Part shown: positions 1 through 10,200 of the stretch, in pieces
Numbering within the stretch: the first letter of the stretch is position 1
Layout: every line of letters begins with the position of its first letter
The notes under the pieces: generated by a model
Seen by the model: the letters and a program-made list of their open reading frames with translations, nothing else
Database searches by the model: none
What the model was told of the DNA's origin: nothing
Assembly (NCBI GenBank): GCA_021157815.1
Contig: JAGGVT010000059.1
Span: 1 to 60,348, forward strand
Reading direction: 5' to 3'
From: a bacterium
Lineage (GTDB): Bacteria; JAJVIF01; JAGGVT01
DNA length: 60,348 bases
Position numbers and translations under genes: made by a program

Positions 1-86
1 CTGCAGGTGTATACTGTGGATGAGTACGGCGTTCCGGGCATTGAATGGAATAACTTTGCACATTTTGGGAATTTGCAGATGCGTTT

Positions 87-252
87 AAGGAGACGGACAC
101 CTTTTACATTAACCATGAATACTGGCTTTGTGCTGTGTATAAACGCAAATTGAAAACACCGACTTCGCGAGTCGGTGTTGTTTATTTCGTGCTGTATTTT
201 TCGCCTGTATCCCCTACTTGATTATGTTTACCAAGTTGAAGATAGGCAGGTA
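87..252. repeat. Direct repeat DR-L (~166 bp): duplicated pilC 3' end + downstream hairpin + D-box; partner at 10380-10548
   Basis: By-eye alignment is colinear and roughly 90% identical to 10380-10548, including hairpin caccgacttcgcgagtcggtg (157-177) and the gttgaagataggcaggta end. Confidence 0.85.
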
Positions 253-255
253 TAA
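214..255 (-). pseudogene. Remnant of a GspF/PilC-family gene 3' end
   Basis: Minus-strand translation LYLPIFNLVNIIK-stop equals the last 13 aa of the intact PilC ORF (10510-11733). There is no coding continuation upstream; the DprA-like stop lies at 283. Confidence 0.8.
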
Positions 256-282
256 AGGGACTGGTCACAAGATAATTCAATC

Positions 283-1287
283 TTAGTTATCCAGATTGAG
301 GGTCATTTGTTCTGGTTTTGGTATCTTTGATGCTGAGGCTTTTCGACTAGCAGACTCAAGGAATTCTGTAAGGCCGCTGTCGAAATCGTTGTTGATTGGA
401 ATTGCGCCCTTTTTAATTAAAGCGGTATTGCCGTCGGGTACAGTTTCACCATCGCGGACAATAACCGGGCAAAGGTTTTTATTAATTGCCTCAACCGCAC
501 CGGACCATGTTCCGCCTGATCCCTTTGCCGATGACACGACCATCGCATGATCAGCCAACGAATAAATATACTTATTGCGCGCCATTGCACCTGCAATAGA
601 AAATCCCGCCCCCGGATGTAATACCGTTATAACAGTAAGGCGGCCATCCACAATCAGTTCCCGTGTGTTCTTTGCTTTAATGAACCGTTGAAGGGAATCA
701 GCCAGGACACCAACCGACTGTCCGCCGTTTTCCACTGCAGCCACCATGGCAGTTTGATCAACACCGCGCGCAGCACCGGAAAGAACAGTGATTCCAAGCT
801 GTGCACACATTACGCCAATACGTTTCGTGAATTCCTGTCCCTGTGAATCGACATCACGTGATCCGACAATCGCAAGACCGCCGTCATTCAGCCTGGATAT
901 ATCACCGGCGCCGAAAATCACTGGAGGTTTTCTATCATCAAGTTTGTCGGCTAATCGCTCAGGATAACTGTCTTCATATTCAGTCAAAACCCAGATTCCC
1001 TGCTGCGACAAATTCTCCAACTCGAGCGCCAGATTTCCACCCAGTTTCAACAGTTCCATTATTCGATAAGCGATTTCAGTTTCAATGTTTAATTCCCGCT
1101 CCAGTTCAGTCTGGTCGCGGAATTCGAGCAGCCCTGACGGCTCTATATGCTTCTCATCCAAACGTTCTTTCAGCATAGACCATTCACGCACTGTAAGTGA
1201 TCGGATCGATTCGCTGCTGCCGGCCATCAAGCGCGAACAGAGCAAAACTACAACCTGTGAATTATGTGATAAAGCATCGATTGCCAT
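283..1287 (-). CDS. DprA/Smf-family (DNA-processing protein A-like, Rossmann fold) protein; possible ShosA-like partner
   Basis: 334-aa ORF with LAIVGSRDVD, VLSGAARGVDQ and GGQSVGVLADSL motifs typical of DprA. Its ATG is 1 nt after the stop of the upstream RecQ-PRTase ORF. Confidence 0.85.
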   Translation of the reverse strand: MAIDALSHNSQVVVLLCSRLMAGSSESIRSLTVREWSMLKERLDEKHIEPSGLLEFRDQTELERELNIETEIAYRIMELLKLGGNLALELENLSQQGIWVLTEYEDSYPERLADKLDDRKPPVIFGAGDISRLNDGGLAIVGSRDVDSQGQEFTKRIGVMCAQLGITVLSGAARGVDQTAMVAAVENGGQSVGVLADSLQRFIKAKNTRELIVDGRLTVITVLHPGAGFSIAGAMARNKYIYSLADHAMVVSSAKGSGGTWSGAVEAINKNLCPVIVRDGETVPDGNTALIKKGAIPINNDFDSGLTEFLESASRKASASKIPKPEQMTLNLDN

Positions 1288-1288
1288 T

Positions 1289-3361
1289 TTAATAATTTCC
1301 CTTTGTCGGCGCTGCGGCTAAGGTGAATGGAAAAACCTCTTCACTGCCAGCGTCCCTTAATATTGTACCAATAACAGTGAGTGTCCATCCAGAATCAACG
1401 ATATCATCAATAAGGAGGACTGGTCCAGGAAGAAGAGTACTGCAGATTTCGAAGCAATTCAAAACGTTCCTGCACTGTTTATAGCTGTTTTGCATTTCTT
1501 TCTGTTCTTTCGTCTCGGATGTCTTTGCAATTACCATTTTAAAAGGAATATTCAATTTCGCGGCTATTCTCCGGGCGAAATCGGGTACCAGATCTCCGCT
1601 GCGATTCGATGGAATGGCGGTAACCCACTGGGGAGCAGGATCAGGGCGCCAGTTTGACAAGATCAATTCCACCGATGCATCAACAAGTTTTTCACTGTAT
1701 TCCTTTAATTTATATTTACACTTGGCAACTTCCATCCCCCAACCTGAATCTCCATAATAACAAAGTGAACAGCCCTTATTGTGCAGATGGCTCGGATTGA
1801 TTTTCTTACGCATCGCAGGAACAACAATTCCCGCAGGCCACATTTTTTTTGGCTCAAATGTGTAATAATCGCCCTTAAGATATTTTATCGCGCGATGTAT
1901 GCTGTCATCAGATGGTTTTTCTGGAAGTAATGCGCCGATACAACCTGCACAATTACCACAAGGGTGTGCGTCAATGTCATCCAGCTCCTTGCATAAAAAC
2001 TCCATTAAACAACCGCTATGGTTCATATACTCGTTCATTTTTTTTAGTTCATGATATCGCTGTTGAGTTACTTTTTCTATCCTTTCAGTATCGTGAGTCC
2101 ACTGCTTTAAAGTTCGACTGTATAAAGGCTTTTCATAAGAGATGAAACCATCTATTAATAAATGCTTTAACGCTTTCTCTATTTGTTTGTACGATGCATT
2201 AACAGATTTTTGTATCTGACCCTGGGTCAACCCCTCATCCGAATTTTCCAGTATGCCAATAATCTGTTTAATATTATCAACCTTTGGAAAGGCGGTGCTG
2301 ATAAAATAATCGATGATTTGGTCATCCTCCTCTCCACTCAGCAATACGCCATAAGCCTTTTCCAACGCGCGTCCGGCACGTCCGACCTGCTGGTAATAAG
2401 CAATAACTGATCCCGGTTTCTGATAGTGTATGACAAATCCAATATCCGGCTTATCGAAACCCATACCCAAAGCGACAGTTGCCACAAGCACTTTCACCCG
2501 GTTGTTTATCAGATCATCTTCAAGGTTTTCCCTGCTCTCTCTCAATCCGGCATGATAGGCTTTTGCATTAATGTTATTTTGCCTTAGGAAACCTGTAACC
2601 CTTTCCGTGTCTCTTTGAGTGAGGCAATAGACAATTCCTGAACCTTCCAGGCCGGGGATTACCTCCGACAACCATGCTAATCGTTCAGCCTGATTTTTCA
2701 TTATTATATTTTGAAGATACAAACTCTTCCGAGCCAGTTTTCCTCGCAGAATAACTACATCCTTTCCAACCTGCTCCTGAATATCGGCGATCACTCGATT
2801 GTTGGCTGTTGCTGTTGTGCCAAGTACAGGAACATTTTGAGTCAGAAGATTTAGTATCCTGACAATTCGACGATAGTCGGGCCTAAAATCGTGCCCCCAG
2901 TCAGAGATACAGTGAGCTTCATCTATGATGAACAGCCCTATTCCACCACTCAGTGATGGGAGAATATTCTGCCTGAACTTCTCGTTGGCAAGCCTCTCAG
3001 GCGAAATAAGCAGTACATCAATTTCATTCCGAATGATTCTTTCTGAGATTAAGTCCCATTCCTCCTTGTTGGAGCTGTCCAGCCTTGCGCATTGAACAAT
3101 ACCGGCTTTCTGCGCCATTTCCACCTGGTTTCTCATCAGTGAAAGGAGTGGGCTGATTAAAAGGGCGGGACCGGAACCTCGTTCGCGAAGCATCCGTGTA
3201 GCAATGAAATATACAATACTTTTACCCCAGCCAGTCCTCTGTACAAGTAATGCTTTCGATCTTTTTTCGACAATTTGGGTAATTGCTTCCAGCTGTCCTG
3301 TGCGAAATTGTGCATCAGTCCCGATCATGCTTTTCAGCATTGTAAGTGCGTCCGTAAACAT
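1289..3361 (-). CDS. RecQ-family DNA helicase fused to a C-terminal phosphoribosyltransferase (ComF/ShosT-like PRTase) domain
   Basis: 690 aa with TGWGKS (Walker A), DEAHCISDWGHDFRPDY, TATA, YYQQVGRAGR, Cys cluster CLMEFLC..CGNCAGC and C-terminal PVLLIDDIVDSGWTLT PRTase signature. GGAGG lies 8 nt before the ATG. Confidence 0.85.
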   Translation of the reverse strand: MFTDALTMLKSMIGTDAQFRTGQLEAITQIVEKRSKALLVQRTGWGKSIVYFIATRMLRERGSGPALLISPLLSLMRNQVEMAQKAGIVQCARLDSSNKEEWDLISERIIRNEIDVLLISPERLANEKFRQNILPSLSGGIGLFIIDEAHCISDWGHDFRPDYRRIVRILNLLTQNVPVLGTTATANNRVIADIQEQVGKDVVILRGKLARKSLYLQNIIMKNQAERLAWLSEVIPGLEGSGIVYCLTQRDTERVTGFLRQNNINAKAYHAGLRESRENLEDDLINNRVKVLVATVALGMGFDKPDIGFVIHYQKPGSVIAYYQQVGRAGRALEKAYGVLLSGEEDDQIIDYFISTAFPKVDNIKQIIGILENSDEGLTQGQIQKSVNASYKQIEKALKHLLIDGFISYEKPLYSRTLKQWTHDTERIEKVTQQRYHELKKMNEYMNHSGCLMEFLCKELDDIDAHPCGNCAGCIGALLPEKPSDDSIHRAIKYLKGDYYTFEPKKMWPAGIVVPAMRKKINPSHLHNKGCSLCYYGDSGWGMEVAKCKYKLKEYSEKLVDASVELILSNWRPDPAPQWVTAIPSNRSGDLVPDFARRIAAKLNIPFKMVIAKTSETKEQKEMQNSYKQCRNVLNCFEICSTLLPGPVLLIDDIVDSGWTLTVIGTILRDAGSEEVFPFTLAAAPTKGNY

Positions 3362-3556
3362 GTTTAACCTCCATTAAACCAGTTTTAGAATTCCACCAAT
3401 TAAAGCTAATTAACGAGGATTATAGCAAAGATATATCGCTAATGCACTACATTTTCGATTAGTTTTTTTCTGTGTGGTTTTCCACCAAACATCCACGCGG
3501 CACAGCGCCATTGGGATCAGGATAAAGGGAACGGACACCTTTTAGATGTGGTATAA

Positions 3557-3866
3557 CACTACTGTCCGGTTAAATTTATACAAAAGCAAAAAAGACATAG
3601 AATGTTCCGCAAAGGTAGTAAAAAGGGGACTGTCCCAACAAAGCGAATAAACTCAGTATAAATGCGGGTTCGCGGTGTAGTTCATTGATAACGTCAGATT
3701 TGAAGCCTTATGTGGACGTACCCCATGATTGGGGAATGCCCCTTTTTACGGATAGAACAATTCGGTATTCACTTACGATTCATGTCTGATAAATACCAAT
3801 AAGCGGGTATATTCTTTATTAATCAGTAATACGGTAATAGGTCTCTAACTTAACCGGACAGTAGTG
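3557..3866 (+). mobile_element. MITE-like element, family A copy 1 (310 bp)
   Basis: 17-bp terminal inverted repeats cactactgtccggttaa / ttaaccggacagtagtg. Colinear with copy 24012-24320. Carries the conserved core at 3618-3749. No ORF. Confidence 0.8.
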
Positions 3867-3867
3867 A

Positions 3868-4005
3868 CATTCAGTTATAGTCGATAATTCCGGGGATGTG
3901 TACGTTTCAGGGTCTTTTAAAGGAACTGTAAATTTCGGTGATGGCAACCCTATTCAGTCTAACGGTGGGGATGACGCTTATCTGTCGAAGTTCAGCATTG
4001 AGTAA
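3868..4005 (+). pseudogene. C-terminal fragment of an SBBP (beta-propeller repeat) protein gene, truncated at the family A element
   Basis: The frame opens right after the element end and reads ..DNSGDVYVSGSFKGTVNFGDGNPIQSNGGDDAYLSKFSIE-stop. This matches the last SBBP unit of ORFs 7224-10259 and 34401-35921. No start codon. Confidence 0.75.
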
Positions 4006-4144
4006 AGAAAGCGACGATTGCCGGGATACTTTGAACTACCGATAAGACTCATTATGTTCTTGATAAAGGTAACTGGCCACAATATCAATATCACAATATC
4101 CGATTCATATGGTTGGGACTATCCCTTTTTTTCATAAAAATATC

Positions 4145-4173
4145 TTGACAAATGCCCTCCCATGCGTTTTAAT
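4145..4173 (+). promoter_or_regulatory. Candidate sigma-70-type promoter (ttgaca, 17 nt, tttaat)
   Basis: Hexamers read directly; located ~245 nt upstream of the lipoprotein gene pair 4417/5826. Confidence 0.3.
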
Positions 4174-4416
4174 AAACTTAATATCTAAACGAGTATTAAT
4201 TTATTTTAATTCGGAAATAGATTGTACGGAAAACTGATTTACCTTTTCAGAATGGGAGCGAAAAATGAAGGGCTGTTTTCTGTTGATATTTAATCCACAC
4301 TCCACGCGTAGCACAACTTCACACAATTCGATGAAGCCGGCTTTTATTTTCGTTTAAGGGGGCTTTCGCACAAACTGGTTTTTAATTTAAGCTTCACATA
4401 ACGGGAGGTGCAGTAA

Positions 4417-5793
4417 ATGCACTACTTAATTCGTGCCGTAAGTGGCATTCTGTTGCTTTTGTTGTTAATCGGATGTTCGGGTATTGGTCAACCAGCCGCA
4501 CCTGATGTGGGTGGTGGATTGCCAGACCAATATGAAGGCGGTGATGAGGAAGGTATTTTTAGATACCTCGCAGCTGTTGAGGACCGCCATGCGTCTTTTC
4601 TGGTATGGCAGGGAGCATACCAGAATGAAGGAAATTCTGCTCTGGAATCAAAGTTAGTTGACTGTATCGCTGCAACATGTTGGGAAGTTCCCGATGGAGA
4701 TGAAGACTACTTTAATTACATTTTAGTCTGTGACAGCAAACGAAGGTGGGACAATCCAAGTTCAAACACGCACACTACTATAATTAGAATTGGCCCACAT
4801 TTTAGACCTTTGATACCTTCAAAAACGGAATATGATATATCCAGTAGTTACTTCATAGAAAATCCCGATGCGTGTACATTGGCAGTCCATAACGACTTCT
4901 TATGGGTTTTTGTTTATGATGCGGATGATCATGAAATTTCCGGTTGGAGATGGGCAATAAGTACTAATCCTTTAACACTCGGTCATCTGGTAAATCCTGT
5001 AAGGTTACCCAATTTTCAAGAGTTTGACTGCGATGATGGCGCCCTTGATTACGTATCAGGAATGGCGTGGGTTCCTTTGGACGAAGATGGTGATGAGTGG
5101 CACCTGATTTGCTGTGATCCGGTTGCTAATCAAATCGTTGTTATTGATGACAATGGCAGTGTTGACACGACAGATGACAACAACTATGGTAATGATCACC
5201 CCATAGACGCCTGTGTTGTCTGGATTGATGACAATGAATGGGATAAATGGATCGTCTATATAGCTGTTCAGGAATCATCGAACAGGAACCAGGACTATCT
5301 ATACAGCTATTACCACAACAGCGTCGGTTATGGATCGCCGGTGCAGGTTACATGTAATACAGGTGGTAATTACTTCCCATTTGTCCTGGGTCTCGATGTT
5401 CGTGCATTTGATGATCTTGATCAGGACGATGATCAATGCATAGCTGTACTGATGCGTGACATTGATGATATGGATGGATACAGGATTAGACAGGGATACT
5501 GCGGACGGACATCCGGTACAATGGATGATTGGATCTCGGAACTTGATACTGATAGCTTTGAAAATCCCAGTTCTTATCCCAACAGTACGATAAATCATGG
5601 TGAATCGTTTGCAATGTGCAAGATGTCAAAGGGAACTGACACAAGCAATTGCTGGGAATGGGGAAATTATTACATTATCGGTGATCGCGATCCGATTCTT
5701 GTTGACGATGATGAAGAAGATTCCGGCGAGAACGCGTTGGATGGCAATAATGTTAAAATATTTAAGAATTTTGATACTATTATTTGTCAATAA
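4417..5793 (+). CDS. Acidic lipoprotein of unknown function (paralog of 5826-7151)
   Basis: SD gggagg upstream of the ATG. Signal peptide with lipobox LLIGC. Colinear motifs shared with the next ORF (YNYILVCD, WHLICCD, WIVYIAV). Confidence 0.75.
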   Translation: MHYLIRAVSGILLLLLLIGCSGIGQPAAPDVGGGLPDQYEGGDEEGIFRYLAAVEDRHASFLVWQGAYQNEGNSALESKLVDCIAATCWEVPDGDEDYFNYILVCDSKRRWDNPSSNTHTTIIRIGPHFRPLIPSKTEYDISSSYFIENPDACTLAVHNDFLWVFVYDADDHEISGWRWAISTNPLTLGHLVNPVRLPNFQEFDCDDGALDYVSGMAWVPLDEDGDEWHLICCDPVANQIVVIDDNGSVDTTDDNNYGNDHPIDACVVWIDDNEWDKWIVYIAVQESSNRNQDYLYSYYHNSVGYGSPVQVTCNTGGNYFPFVLGLDVRAFDDLDQDDDQCIAVLMRDIDDMDGYRIRQGYCGRTSGTMDDWISELDTDSFENPSSYPNSTINHGESFAMCKMSKGTDTSNCWEWGNYYIIGDRDPILVDDDEEDSGENALDGNNVKIFKNFDTIICQ

Positions 5794-5825
5794 TTTTTTT
5801 AATTACCTTACCTAAGGAGGTTAAA

Positions 5826-7151
5826 ATGAGTATATCTAAAATCAGAATATTTTGTTTCTTTTGTATTATCTTACTGTTGGTTGGTTGTTCTAAAGGAAAA
5901 CAGGGACAATCACCAACTTCATCCGAAATAACCCTTGATGATGATATCACATTAATTGAGGAATCAGCAGTGAATAGGGAACTTCAGGAATATAGTGACC
6001 CACCAGAGGAAACCGCACTTCGCTCATTCGGTGAACAGGGGTATACCGGCAATGATTACCACATGCTGGTCGAGTGTGTTGCCACAACTGTGTATGCTGA
6101 GGATGGGGGGTGTGGTGCATATAATTACACACTGGTGTGTGATAAGAATGATAAAATAGACGATACAGAAAGGGTATGTTGTAAAATCTGGAAATGCGGC
6201 TGTGGGCAAAATCCCTCAATGCCAACTCATGAAATTTCTATTCTAACCACTGCATCACCTCCTGTAACTGATCCGGGGGCATGTGAGATAATTGCAATTC
6301 GTGATGAGCTATATGCCTACATTTACGACAGGGCATCTGGATACATAAATGAGTATATATGGGATATTGATCAGGATCCATGTGGCGATCTAACCCTTTC
6401 TTCTGATATACAGTTTTATGATTACGGTGATTTTGAAGATGTAGTTGATATGTGTGTTGTGACGACTAACCGTTATGATACTACCTGGCATCTGCTGGTT
6501 CTCGATAATGGCAGTTCACCTGTTATAAAAGTATATAATCAATCACGTACTTATCTATCGAGTTTAAATATCACAGATTTTGAAGATGTTACCACATACA
6601 AACCTGTTGCACTGTGTGCTGCTAAATGGAATGATGGCACCCCTTGGTGGTTTGTCTATGTTGCCGCAAAACACCCAACTGATGCATCATATGATAGAGT
6701 CCTGTGCTATAGATGGGACGGTTCTGATTATTCAACTAATGCTCGACTGGCGATTAAGCATTCAGGCGAAGGCGATGATTATTTCGATAATATAATCGGT
6801 CTTGATGTAGCAAAAGTTGGTCTTGAATCAGATCGTGGAGATCCAAAAGATAGTCACAAAGAAGGGACAGTGTGTGTTTATATGGCTGATGAGAATTTTA
6901 GGGGTTGGAGAGCAAGACAAGTTCAATTTACTCATTTATTCGAACCTCCGGGGCGGCAATACTATGAATTCATTCAAGACTTTGATGAAACAGAAATGGC
7001 GGATGGTGAAATATGGGTTGAAGACTTTTCGATGGGTTTTAGAAGCTGGCCTGATGATCAAATCGGTTTTCTCTATTTCACTGCGGATAGGAATCCGGAT
7101 ATAGTATCGGGACACGATAACATAAGAATGTATACAAATGATGATACATAG
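5826..7151 (+). CDS. Acidic lipoprotein of unknown function (paralog of 4417-5793)
   Basis: Start moved to ATG 5826, preceded by aaggagg (5814-5820). Lipobox LLVGC. Motifs YNYTLVCD, WHLLVLD, WFVYVAA. Confidence 0.75.
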   Translation: MSISKIRIFCFFCIILLLVGCSKGKQGQSPTSSEITLDDDITLIEESAVNRELQEYSDPPEETALRSFGEQGYTGNDYHMLVECVATTVYAEDGGCGAYNYTLVCDKNDKIDDTERVCCKIWKCGCGQNPSMPTHEISILTTASPPVTDPGACEIIAIRDELYAYIYDRASGYINEYIWDIDQDPCGDLTLSSDIQFYDYGDFEDVVDMCVVTTNRYDTTWHLLVLDNGSSPVIKVYNQSRTYLSSLNITDFEDVTTYKPVALCAAKWNDGTPWWFVYVAAKHPTDASYDRVLCYRWDGSDYSTNARLAIKHSGEGDDYFDNIIGLDVAKVGLESDRGDPKDSHKEGTVCVYMADENFRGWRARQVQFTHLFEPPGRQYYEFIQDFDETEMADGEIWVEDFSMGFRSWPDDQIGFLYFTADRNPDIVSGHDNIRMYTNDDT

Positions 7152-7178
7152 TACTTAACGTTTACAATGTAAATAAAC

Positions 7179-7212
7179 AAGCTGGTGATTAAATCACCAG
7201 CTTATTTTTTTT
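7179..7212. terminator. Bidirectional rho-independent terminator between convergent genes
   Basis: Hairpin aagctggtgatt/aatcaccagctt followed by a T-run; an A-rich tract precedes it. Confidence 0.75.
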
Positions 7213-7223
7213 CAGTATCGAGA

Positions 7224-10200
7224 TTACAATTTATTTAGAAATGCATCCACACCGCTATTTGAAGTATGATAGTCATGCCAATATGAACTCGGATCAAAAT
7301 CCACCGTACCGGAAAACCAACCGGTAACATAAACGTCATCAAGCTGCGACACAGAAACCTTTTCACCATAGGTAACATCATCATTCTCAGAACCCCATAT
7401 TCTCGTCCCCAAATATGAACCACCCCTGTCAAATTTAACAAGAAAACAGTTCCTATGAAATTCGAACAAAGGATTAGTTGAGAATAAATCAGTGCCAGTA
7501 CCCGGATCGAAATCTACTTCACCTGTAAAATATCCTGTGATAAAGATACTTCCATTTGAACTAATGGAAATACCCTTTCCATAATTTGTCCAATTTCCAC
7601 TAATTCTATGGCCCCAAAGATAATTTCCATTATAATCAAATGTACTTAAAAAAGTTTCAGGATGATCATCATATATTGCCGGTTTGAAATCAACACCAGG
7701 GCCCGGATCAAGATCAACATCACCCCTCAAATGTCCCGTTACGCTGACAAAGCCAAGTTCGCTGGTTTCAATATCTTCGCTTATCGACCCTCCCTCTGAT
7801 CCACCCCATGAATGACCCCATAAATAATTACCAAACTGATCGCACTTTAAAAGGAAAATGGTATAGCCATATTCAGGTGCATGCCAGTCTTCAAAGACAG
7901 GATCAGGGTCCAAATCAATATCCCCGAGAAACCTGCCAGTCGCATAAAAGCAGTTTTCATTATCCACTGTTATTGAATTGCCCTTATCGCAATTATCACT
8001 ACCAATCGTTATGACTCCTAAAAACTCGCCTGATTCACTGAATTTGGAAACGAAAACATCGTCATCCCAAAGTCCTCCATGAGCATAACGAATATCTCCC
8101 TCACCCCATGGATCAAAGTCAGTAAGCCCGCGAAATTTTCCAATTATAAAAACATTGTTATTTGAATCCAACGCGATATCATTGCTTAGGCACCAAACAT
8201 CGCGGATAATATCGTCTCCACCAAAATTATTTACCCAAATAAAATTACCATTTGGATCAAGTTTTAAAACATAAACATCTTCACCCCATATTGGATCTCG
8301 AATTTCCCAACCTGGACCCGGATCGAAATCGCATATACGATTGAAATCACCTGTAATGTAGATGTTGCCAGAATCATCACACTCGACTCCATTAGCTGAA
8401 TCTATATGACCACCACCCCAGGATACCGCCCATTCGAAGTCACCATTTGAATTGAACTTGGATAAAAAAGCGTCGTCCCTGCCATTACTTGAACGAATGG
8501 ACTCTCCGGGACCGGGGTCAAAATCAACATCAGCATTGAAAGTTCCGCAAACGAAAATATTACCATTCGTATCATTCGTGATATTCATACCGCGCTCTCT
8601 ACTTATGCCCCCCCACGTACGCGCCCACCTGTCAGATGAAAGCGGGTAAATGGTGATTGTTTCGGCGCCGATTGTTGATTTCGGAGGATACCCGTCATCG
8701 GTTACGCGCATTGCCACCTGTTGTGTAATCTGGCCGAATTCATGATTTTCAAAAGGAGGCGATGTTACCGGGGCGCCTGTCGTGTTCGACGCATCCGGTG
8801 TAAAGTAGTGTCCGTAGTAAGCGAAATCGTATTCGTACAAGACGATGCTTCCATCGGGATCGTCGGTTGCGGGTCCGGGCCACATCTGGATCGGCATCCC
8901 CGAATCTATAAAATAGTCCGATACGTCAAGGTCGGCGAAAGGAGGATCGTTGCTCCAAACTTCCGCAGTAAAAATTTGGTAAGTGGCGAATTCGGGCATG
9001 GAGTAGAAATCGAGCGTGACGCCATCGGGGACATCGATAATCGAATCGGTCTGGCCATCGAATGGCGCTTGCGGTGGTACGCGACTGTCCAGGACCTTAA
9101 CGTAACCCTGATAATATCCGCCCGGTAGAAAATTCTCGTTCGCGATCGGCACTGTGAAAATCAGCGGATCATCCGGCATTCCTGTGTGTGAGCCTGTCGG
9201 CGCCGTTACGATTTGCAGCTCGTTTGTCATCATGTTGATTTCAACACCGACACCGACAATATCCGATTGAGAGTAAATATCGGATGGGTCATCGAGGTTC
9301 GGATCGACTGTCGCGCCGATCTGCCAGTCGTAAACTTCCACAATGACATCGCGGGTTTCAGTCTCATCATAAGGAGGCCATCCCTGAGCGGGAGGAATGA
9401 CATTCACTTTCCACGGCGCTTTGCGGTTGAACTCGGGATTGAAGTAGGTTGGAGCCAGACGGTTTTCGAATGTCGTGCTGGCCCCGTAACCGAACGTGAG
9501 ATAGAGTTCGAACCGTCCACCAGCGAACCAGGCGTCGAAAGTATGATCTTTAGTGCCCATTTCGAACCTGTTGAATGTTGCGATGCCTGTGTCGCTGTTG
9601 TCAACCACAAGGAAATACGGGCAGGCGAATTCGTTGCCGATGACCTCGGAAAGTTCACGAGTGTAGCCATCGGGATATCCGCACGATTCAGAATAGATAT
9701 CGATATCGATCAGATGCGGCTCCGTGGGTTCGTCCTCAAGCGGAAATACAACCAGCGCGAGATCGAAGATATCCAAATCGAGCCTGTTCTTTGGTGATGG
9801 CGGTTCCGACAGATTCCCTTTCTCAAATGGATGGCTTGCATAAAATGTCGCCTTGATGTAGGGATCGTCATAATCGAGATTTTTCAGCTTAAGGCAATCC
9901 TGGCACGGCGTGATCGTGAAAAACGATGTCCCGCTGACAATAAAACTCTCGCCGATCATGGATGTACGTTTTGGAATGAGCTCACCTGATTTCGTATCTG
10001 GATTTATTACGAGGTCATAAGCGCCGAGGATGCCTGTTGCGGTGAAAGTATCGCGAAAAGATTCCAGCGCGATGATAGGGAGTGAGTCCGTCAGGTCAGT
10101 TTGATTGATGCCGGATATGATCGGCGATTTAGAGGACGAGCATCCGGTGAGAATTATAAGAAACAACAAACCGAAAACTATATCCCTTAATCCTCTCCTC

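Noticed and set aside
1-168. Open frame at the window edge (LQVYTVDEYGVPGIEWNNFAHFGNLQ...)
   Set aside because: It is partial, runs into the D-box/direct repeat and has no recognisable motif, so coding status cannot be decided.
3557-3866. Autonomous transposon, prophage or integron near the repeat families
   Set aside because: No transposase, integrase, recombinase or phage structural gene was recognised in any frame of the window. The elements are non-autonomous.
8721-9797. Antisense ORFs inside large genes (8721-9128, 9213-9797, 15797-16399, 10429-10959, 30625-31101, 31191-31649, 38301-38804, 38975-39382, 43470-43865, 53437-53922, 53814-54218 and similar)
   Set aside because: Each lies wholly opposite a longer ORF with recognisable domains. 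Their compositions are low-complexity or Arg/Ser-rich, as is typical of shadow frames.
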